DNA of 32,000 nt from Nostoc sp. UHCC 0702. Lineage in GTDB: Bacteria > Cyanobacteriota > Cyanobacteriia > Cyanobacteriales > Nostocaceae. Within the stretch, counting starts at the first letter, position 1; every line of letters begins with the position of its first letter. Shown one piece after another: positions 22,913-29,028 of the stretch. Both the position numbers and the translations under genes were made by a program. A model generated the notes under the pieces. It searched no databases. It had not been told where the DNA came from and saw nothing but the letters and a program-made list of their open reading frames with translations. The stretch covers positions 3,479,918-3,511,917 of the forward strand of contig CP071065.1 in NCBI GenBank assembly GCA_017164015.1, in the 5' to 3' direction.

Positions 22913-24379
22913 CTACGAAACACCAATCAAGGTAAAAGCTGCCCAATCTCTAAGATTAGGGTATTTTTTCCTAGTTGCTAGCATCGCATGACGTAAAGCA
23001 GAAGCCTTATCTGGATTTTCACTTAATTTTTGATAAAACTCTGTCATTAATAACACTGTTGATTTATCAGATACATCCCACAAAGAGCCAACTATGCTAG
23101 GAACCCCTGCGACAAAGAAAGAGCGCGACAAGCCTATCACCCCATCTCCTGTGATTTTGCCTAATGCTGTATCATTAGCGCTGAGTACAACTAACTCTGC
23201 TTTTAGATTTAAGTTCAAAATTTCTTCATAAGTCAGCAAACTGTCACCCCCTTGCTCAGGAGCTAATACCAGTGCGCCTAATGTCTGCGTTCCCTGAATA
23301 TGATTGCAGACTCCTTGAGTTGCCAAGTGAATTATTCTCGCTTCCCGCATTCGCTGCACGACTGCTGTCTCAGTTGCAGCATTACCTGTCAATGCTTGGG
23401 TATGCAAAATCTCTGCAATGGCTTTTGCTTCTTGTTCAGCCCCTGGTAAAGGTGATAGTTTTCGGGGTGTTTCTCCTGGTTTACATGCAATGCTGGGCAT
23501 AGTAGGATTACCAACAATTAAAACATCTTTAGCGATACCTTGAATCCGCTGTTTTTGTTGGTATAGTAAGTCCAAGACTTGGATAGAGGGTGCAATATTA
23601 ATAGTGTGTTTTTCAATTAAATATTTGCCATTTCTATCCTGCAAGGCGGCAAAGGGAACTAAGAATAATTCACCTTGAGGAATGAAAATCACATGTTCTT
23701 GTGAATTTTTTGGCAAAATCTTGGCGATGGGTGCAATTAAAATTTCATGTAGCTGCTGTAGTTGTTCTTTTGGACTAGCTTGTTGTCCTGATGCGTCTGG
23801 TTTGATGGGAAATATTCCTTTATGATCATTGCTGCTGACACCCATTTTTTCACGACTTCTGAGAATAAAATCACTCAAAGATAAATTAAATTTCTGCCAT
23901 AGGGGTTTTAAGTCAACGCGCTGAAAATCAACTTCACCCGTTGGTCTAATTACCCAAATATATAGTTCTGAATCACGGTTTATTTGTTGATTATTTTGGT
24001 TAATTTCGTCGGTGACAATGGTATACTGTACTAATGTAGCTTTTTGTTGTTTAGCGATTTGTTTGATTTGGTCAATATTAGGTGGGTTGGCTGAAGTTTG
24101 ACCAATTTGGTTGGACAATAAATTCACAAAAGCACGAGCGCGGATACGTTCGGAAAATTCCAGTGCTGCTGAGGTTCGATTTTGTTCAGCTAGAGTTTTT
24201 AGTATTTGATTATAAGTCTGATTTTGATTGGTGGTGACATTGTTATTTGAAGTTTGTGCTAAAACTTTATTATCTGGCAAGTCAATGAATGATATCCAAT
24301 TTTTATTAGTAAACTGAGAAAATATAGAGATGGTAGTCGAAATCATCAAGAATATCATGAATTGAGGGATTATTTTCAC
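22913..24379 (-). CDS. CHAT-domain (caspase-fold) protein with both catalytic positions substituted; N-terminal signal or anchor
   Basis: 488-aa ORF with a GTG start preceded by GGAG. The CHAT C-terminal half reads ..IIHLATQGV..LTYEEILNLNLKAELVVLSANDTALG..GDGVIGLSRSFFVAGVPSIVGSLWDVSD..LMTEFYQKL..ALRHAML..WAAFTLIGV. The expected ATHG and LSAC motifs read ATQG and LSAN. Confidence 0.85.
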   Translation of the reverse strand: MKIIPQFMIFLMISTTISIFSQFTNKNWISFIDLPDNKVLAQTSNNNVTTNQNQTYNQILKTLAEQNRTSAALEFSERIRARAFVNLLSNQIGQTSANPPNIDQIKQIAKQQKATLVQYTIVTDEINQNNQQINRDSELYIWVIRPTGEVDFQRVDLKPLWQKFNLSLSDFILRSREKMGVSSNDHKGIFPIKPDASGQQASPKEQLQQLHEILIAPIAKILPKNSQEHVIFIPQGELFLVPFAALQDRNGKYLIEKHTINIAPSIQVLDLLYQQKQRIQGIAKDVLIVGNPTMPSIACKPGETPRKLSPLPGAEQEAKAIAEILHTQALTGNAATETAVVQRMREARIIHLATQGVCNHIQGTQTLGALVLAPEQGGDSLLTYEEILNLNLKAELVVLSANDTALGKITGDGVIGLSRSFFVAGVPSIVGSLWDVSDKSTVLLMTEFYQKLSENPDKASALRHAMLATRKKYPNLRDWAAFTLIGVS

Positions 24380-24454
24380 AGCCTACTCCATAATTGTGAT
24401 GTTTTTAATAAACTTGCACTATTAGTTATTTAGGCAAATTTCGAGCTTTACTGC

Positions 24455-24535
24455 TTAATGTTGTCCAGAGACGACTTGCATAGAGACAAAAATACCAGCA
24501 GCAGCTAAAATTAGCGATCGCATCATATGTTTCAT
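24455..24535 (-). CDS. Candidate 26-aa hydrophobic peptide ORF upstream of the CHAT gene
   Basis: Manual translation gives MKHMMRSLILAAAGIFVSMQVVSGQH, with AAGGA about 10 nt upstream of the ATG. It is below the ORF-track size cut-off and has no other support. Confidence 0.25.
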   Translation of the reverse strand: MKHMMRSLILAAAGIFVSMQVVSGQH

Positions 24536-24611
24536 AAGATTTGTCCTTGTTTAGGGATAGTTCAGAAGTTATTTATTGTCCAACCAGGTGATAGTCAACT
24601 GGTAACTCACA

Positions 24612-24648
24612 GACATATATCTTCAGGCGGTGAGAGGATATGTAAAAA
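24612..24648. repeat. 37-nt conserved hairpin motif, copy A
   Basis: gacatatatct-tcaggcggt-gagaggatatgtaaaaa. The 11-nt and 17-nt flanks are identical to those at 28431-28467. Confidence 0.7.
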
Positions 24649-24777
24649 CTGGACAAAAATCTTGTCAATCAGGGTAATTTAGCATATAAAGACGGCAGAT
24701 GATTGTGCAGGCGATCGCCTGCACACCTTTCCTAAAAGCTATACAATAAAAAATAAATTTACATTCATGTTCTGTTT

Positions 24778-25533
24778 ATGGCAACCCAACTCGGTGAAGC
24801 AAAATCACTAACTGAACCAGTAATCTCTTGGGAAGCGTTGCCCGACGATTTTCAATTAGAGGATGAACCAGTGGAGAATATCGGACAGCCAATTTTGGCT
24901 GGTGCTTTGCGTGAAAGTTTAGAAATCAGTGGTTTCATCCAATCCCAGATGTTAATAGCTTCCAATTTTGGTCTTTGTGCAACTGTTAACGGGCAATTTA
25001 TAGTTAAAGCACCTGACTGGCTTTACGTACCGTCGGTTAATCAAGTTGTGGAAAATCGTAAAAGTTATACACCAAATTTAGAAGGTGATATTCCGGCAAT
25101 TGTGATAGAGTTTCTCTCCGACACCGAGGGCGGAGAATATTCAGTCAAGCGCACTTATCCACCAGGAAAATGGTTTTTCTACGAGCAAATTTTGCAGATA
25201 CCCATTTATGCAATTTTTGACCCAGATGGCGGTTTATTAGAATTTTATCAATTAGAAAATAAACGCTATGAATTAAAACAACCCAATGAAAATGGTCGTC
25301 ATTGGGTTGAGGCAATGAACTTATTTCTAGGAACTTGGCAAGGTACTAAAGAATCCCGAACTGGTTATTGGTTGCGGTGGTGGGATGAAGCTGGTAATTT
25401 CTTACCTTGGGCTGTGGAACAGATTGAACAAGAACGCCAACGTGCTGAACAAGAACGCCAGCAAAAAGAACGACTGATTGCTTATTTGCAATCTCAAGGT
25501 ATTGACCCGAATAATTTACCTTCTTTGGAGTAG
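24778..25533 (+). CDS. Uma2-family (DUF820) putative endonuclease
   Basis: 251-aa ORF with ..KAPDWLYVP.., ..PAIVIEFLSDT..E...K...Y...IPIYAIFDP.. and the C-terminal WLRWWDEAGNFLPW plus a Glu/Arg/Gln-rich tail. This arrangement is typical of the cyanobacterial Uma2 family as I remember it. Confidence 0.75.
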   Translation: MATQLGEAKSLTEPVISWEALPDDFQLEDEPVENIGQPILAGALRESLEISGFIQSQMLIASNFGLCATVNGQFIVKAPDWLYVPSVNQVVENRKSYTPNLEGDIPAIVIEFLSDTEGGEYSVKRTYPPGKWFFYEQILQIPIYAIFDPDGGLLEFYQLENKRYELKQPNENGRHWVEAMNLFLGTWQGTKESRTGYWLRWWDEAGNFLPWAVEQIEQERQRAEQERQQKERLIAYLQSQGIDPNNLPSLE

Positions 25534-25623
25534 AAAAGTACAAAATTAATCAACTTACTTTAAGTAAATGGGCATAAATAAATATAGTAAGTAGATGGGT
25601 ATAAATAAATATAATATGGACTG

Positions 25624-25689
25624 TCCGAAGCGAGGAGGAACGACGAAGCAATCCCAGTCCACAGCGATTGCTTCGTTCCTCGCTTCGGA
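25624..25689. repeat. Long imperfect hairpin (MITE-like) between two convergent genes
   Basis: The arm tccgaagcgaggaggaacgacgaagcaatc pairs with gattgcttcgttcctcgcttcgga, leaving two small bulges. Confidence 0.8.
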
Positions 25690-25717
25690 GATATTACATT
25701 TAATTAAGCCTACCTAC

Positions 25718-26455
25718 TTAGTCAAGTTCAATATTAAATTGAGCTTGATGGCGTTGTTGATTTAACCACATAGCATACAAATTTGCAGCAATTTCTTGAT
25801 GAAGCTTCTCATCTAATTGTGGTTGAATAATCTCTTCAACCAAAATCAAATGTATTCCCTGAGCAGTCACAATAGGTTTTAAAAGCTGTGGCGGCTGAAC
25901 AGCAAATACAGCAGCAGAAATTTCAGGATTCAAATCTGGATGATGCACTATTCCTTGATATCCGCCTTTGCGTCGTAATTCTACATCCTGAATATATTGA
26001 TGAGCCACATCAAAAAAACTCCTCTCACCTTCCTTAATGCTATAAAAAAGTTCCCAGGCTAAATCTTCATCATCTAACATCACTTTGTACATCACTACAC
26101 CAATATAATCGAGTTGATGCTCATAAAAGTATGCTTCAATTTGATCTGCAAACAGATGAGCAGCTAACTTAGCTGAAAGCAGATTTGTATATACAATTTC
26201 TTCAAAATTTTCTAGAGAAAGATGATATTTTGTCAACCATGTCCAAGTATCTTCAGCATTTAAGAGTTTATTCACTAACCGCGTTTTATCTGCTGCTTTT
26301 TGAAGTTCTTCTGTTGCTATTGTGATACCTGCTTCAATAGCGTTTGTTTGAATAATTTTGCGTGTGATAATCTGCTCAATTATCTCAGGTATTTTACAGG
26401 ATATTTTGCATCAGGTGAAAATATCCTCATTAATAATATTGATAGCTGGCAACAT
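25718..26455 (-). pseudogene. Parvulin-type peptidyl-prolyl isomerase interrupted by an in-frame TGA at codon 15
   Basis: The ORF track gives 25718-26275 starting at a GTG. The same frame stays protein-like upstream (CKISCKIPEIIEQIITRKIIQTNAIEAGITIATEELQKAADKTRL) back to a TGA at 26411-26413, and 14 more sense codons reach an ATG at 26455 (MLPAINIINEDIFT). The rotamase motif reads KGGYQGIV...ISAAVF....LKPIVTAQGIHLILVEE. Confidence 0.6.
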
Positions 26456-26478
26456 GATATTGTTTATCGAAAATTTTA

Positions 26479-27087
26479 TTAATGAATTTCTAATTGCAAG
26501 AAGCGAGTTGGTATTTTTTCACTTTCATCTGGCAAATTATCAGCTTTGAGATCACCAATAAAAATTTGCGAATTATTGGGTTGTTCAGGTAAGTTATCTG
26601 AGGTATTACTGGGTTTGGCTTTTGTCGATAATCCCATTTGTTTGAGTAAGCGTTTGATGTGACCGTCGCTTACTTTCACTCCCAATTCTTTTGCTAAATG
26701 CTTGCCTAACCAGTTTGCTGTCCACCGCCGAAAACTATAACCATAATCGCGGGGGTCTTTACTAACAAGTTCTTGCAAATGTTCTAAATATTCTTCATTG
26801 ACGGCTTTGGGACGACCAATTGGTGATGATTGCCATTGATGTGCCATGCCACTACGGGCAATGTGTATCCAATGTCTGGCTGTAGCCGGACAGCATTTCA
26901 CCATGTGACAAATTTGTGTTTGTGATTTTCCTTCATCTGCCAACAACATAATTTGAATCCGCTGGCGATATGTTTCACTTAAGTCTTGCTCAAGAGTTTT
27001 TAACAATAGTTGGCGTTGAAATGATGTCAACAATTTACCATTGTTATTTTTTATTGATTTGTTGTTTTGCAATTGTTCGTAATGCAT
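26479..27087 (-). CDS. Stand-alone HTH / winged-helix protein homologous to the N-terminal DNA-binding half of IS630-type transposases (no DDE domain)
   Basis: 202-aa ORF with RQRIQIMLLADEGKSQTQICHMVKCCPATARHWI, ..GRPKAV.. and DYGYSFRRWTANWLGKHLAKELGVKVSDGHIKRLLKQMGLS. No catalytic-domain ORF or terminal inverted repeats are found nearby. Confidence 0.7.
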   Translation of the reverse strand: MHYEQLQNNKSIKNNNGKLLTSFQRQLLLKTLEQDLSETYRQRIQIMLLADEGKSQTQICHMVKCCPATARHWIHIARSGMAHQWQSSPIGRPKAVNEEYLEHLQELVSKDPRDYGYSFRRWTANWLGKHLAKELGVKVSDGHIKRLLKQMGLSTKAKPSNTSDNLPEQPNNSQIFIGDLKADNLPDESEKIPTRFLQLEIH

Positions 27088-27196
27088 ATTTAGATAATTT
27101 GTCTATTAAGGTTTAGGGAAATTCCAGGTAGTTATTATTTGTCATGATTTTTAATTGATGAAGTCAAGCGATCGCGCTGGTCAAACAATACAATGA

Positions 27197-28228
27197 TTAA
27201 TTAGGATTTTGACTCACTGGAGGAGTCAGCCCTGTGATAATGTAGAAGCAATGAGCATACTCTGTAGCGTCTTTTAATGTCCATTGACCTGTAAATGGTC
27301 GCACCCTACCACCGGCAGACTTCACAACAACGTCATAGGTTCCGGGTTTGAGAACATATCGTCCTAAAGGGCCTTTAGCTGGACATCGCTTTGGTGCTGT
27401 GTCAACATATTTTTGACAGTCTTTGCAAGGTTGTAATTCTTCAAACCGGGGCTGGGAACCGCTAAATACAATTTGCATCGGTTCTGGTGAGTCGTTGCGG
27501 ATGAACACAACAGTAGAACCTGTGGCGGTTCTGCCTGTGGGGCTTGGTGGGGATATTTCCCCAGCACTGTCGGTTTTAGCTGCTGCTAAGGTGACTGTTG
27601 CTAGGGCAGTTTTGATTTTCGGTACTAAACTGTGTTTTGGATAGTTTTGCAGAAAGTTTTCGTATACAGCGATCGCTTGATTATATTGGGCGTTTTTAGC
27701 GTAAGCTTGACCACAGGCTTGATAGTAATATGGTAAGTTTTTCTTGGGTTCGGGTAGCAGTTGATTTTGCAGAATTAAATTAAATCGGTCACAAACTGAA
27801 GGCTGGACAATTTTGTCAGGCTGTGACTGCTGCAACAAACTAAAAGTTTTTTGACGAACCACAGGCAGCAGTGGACTATTATTATAACTTTCAATGAATT
27901 TGGTATATGATTCCATTGCTGTGGTTAAATTGCTCTGGTTTTGTGCGTCAACTCCTGTTTGAAAGACTTCACATTCGGCTTTTTGGGCTTTAGCACGGGC
28001 AATTTCAGTTTCATCTAATGTTGGGCTGTCAACAATGTTGTTAAATAAGTTGATTGCTGTTTGACAATTTGCTTGTTTGTAAGCAGCTTCTGCTCGATTG
28101 AAAGTATTTCTATCGTTTCCACATTGAGACAAGATACTGCCTACAAATAGCACACCTAATATCATTAATCCAAATTTGGTATATTTTCCAAGGCGATCGC
28201 TATGTGAGTAATGATTAGAATTAGACAT
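27197..28228 (-). CDS. Membrane-anchored protein with TPR-like helical repeats and a Cys-containing C-terminal domain
   Basis: The ATG at 28228 has a perfect AAGGAG 7 nt upstream; the track start at 28249 is a TTG inside a MITE end. The anchor is FGLMILGVLFVGSILS. TPR-like stretches include YKQANCQTAINLFNNIV and YAKNAQYNQAIAVYENFLQNYP. The C-terminal part has CKDC...RCP. Confidence 0.7.
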   Translation of the reverse strand: MSNSNHYSHSDRLGKYTKFGLMILGVLFVGSILSQCGNDRNTFNRAEAAYKQANCQTAINLFNNIVDSPTLDETEIARAKAQKAECEVFQTGVDAQNQSNLTTAMESYTKFIESYNNSPLLPVVRQKTFSLLQQSQPDKIVQPSVCDRFNLILQNQLLPEPKKNLPYYYQACGQAYAKNAQYNQAIAVYENFLQNYPKHSLVPKIKTALATVTLAAAKTDSAGEISPPSPTGRTATGSTVVFIRNDSPEPMQIVFSGSQPRFEELQPCKDCQKYVDTAPKRCPAKGPLGRYVLKPGTYDVVVKSAGGRVRPFTGQWTLKDATEYAHCFYIITGLTPPVSQNPN

Positions 28229-28247
28229 GATGAACTCCTTATAGATC

Positions 28248-28394
28248 AACGTGAGTTCGATGAACCTCTCCCTCCCAGCCTCCCTCTCCTAAAAGGCGAG
28301 GGAGGAGAAACGAAAAAATCACGGTTTTACTCCCCTCTCAAGGTAGGAGAGGGGCCGGGGGAGAGGTCAAAACAGCGCTTGTCGAACTCACGTT
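28248..28394. mobile_element. 147-bp MITE-like element with 14-bp terminal inverted repeats
   Basis: The ends aacgtgagttcgat and gtcgaactcacgtt match at 13 of 14 positions. Internal hairpins are cctccctc..gagggagg and cccctctc..gagagggg. There is no coding capacity. Confidence 0.7.
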
Positions 28395-28430
28395 AAATCA
28401 AGTGCTGATACTGGGATGGTTGCTAACACT

Positions 28431-28467
28431 GACATATATCTCCCAGATGGGAGAGGATATGTAAAAA
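28431..28467. repeat. 37-nt conserved hairpin motif, copy B
   Basis: gacatatatct-cccagatgg-gagaggatatgtaaaaa. Confidence 0.7.
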
Positions 28468-28593
28468 TTAGGTTTTTACATACCCCCCAGCGCTTGAAGA
28501 TATATAAGAATTAGTTCTGAAGCGGTTGTGAGAAATGATGCAGCGTTTATCTAAGTTACCTATAGCGGTTCTCACTTTGTTGCAATGCAGTCG

Positions 28594-28664
28594 GAACCCC
28601 ACCCCCAGCCCCTCCCCGTTCACGGGGAGGGGAGGCAAAGCGTAGCTTTGGCGGGGTGGGGTTC
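28594..28664. repeat. GC-rich multibranch hairpin element
   Basis: A 12-bp outer stem gaaccccacccc / ggggtggggttc encloses two inner hairpins, cccctcccc-gttcac-ggggagggg and caaagc-gta-gctttg. Confidence 0.75.
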
Positions 28665-29028
28665 TTCAGGTTTAAGTCATCAAGCGGACATGATATAGGA
28701 TTTATGCTGAAAGTGAAAAGTCAACTTTTTTACCTATTTTTGCTGTTATAGCGTTTTTGAACTGGCAGTAATCTTATACAAATCTCGCACCTGCCCAATT
28801 TACCGCCAAGAAATAAATTTCTTGGCTCAAAGCTGAAGTAAGCTAAAGCTAACTAAATATAAATTTCAGTCCGTTTTAGCGGACTTTAGCTATAAGCCTT
28901 GAACTTAAGTTCAAGGCGTACTCAGGGGAAGAAGCAAGATCTAAAAAATCATTATTACCCAACTTAGTCAGGGAGCTGAGGTAAGTGTCTCGACGGTTCT
29001 CAAAGTCAAAAACTCAAATATCAGTTAG

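Noticed and set aside
26411-26413. I considered whether the in-frame TGA could be selenocysteine or programmed recoding
   Set aside because: I see no SECIS-like hairpin immediately downstream, and the window holds no sel genes. The upstream frame does look protein-like on both sides of the TGA, which fits a recent nonsense mutation at what was a sense codon. A nonsense mutation or a sequencing error is the simpler explanation. The question stays open only as a check under the pseudogene finding.
26300-26549. Plus-strand ORFs of 60 and 63 aa (26300-26482 and 26358-26549)
   Set aside because: They are antisense to the upstream, protein-like part of the PPIase frame and to the end of the HTH gene, and they are AT-rich and low in complexity.
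26479-27087. I considered calling this an IS630-family insertion sequence
   Set aside because: Only the DNA-binding half is present. No DDE catalytic ORF, terminal inverted repeats or TA target duplication are visible, so I report it as a CDS and not as a mobile element.
28249-28262. The tRNA-like T-arm string gagttcgatgaacc
   Set aside because: It is one terminal inverted repeat of the MITE-like element. No acceptor stem or anticodon arm can be built around it.
28211-28396. 61-aa ORF (..LPLLKGEGGETKKSRFYSPLKVGEGPGERS..)
   Set aside because: It is the translation of the MITE-like hairpin element, it overlaps the true start region of the opposite-strand gene, and it has no ribosome-binding site.
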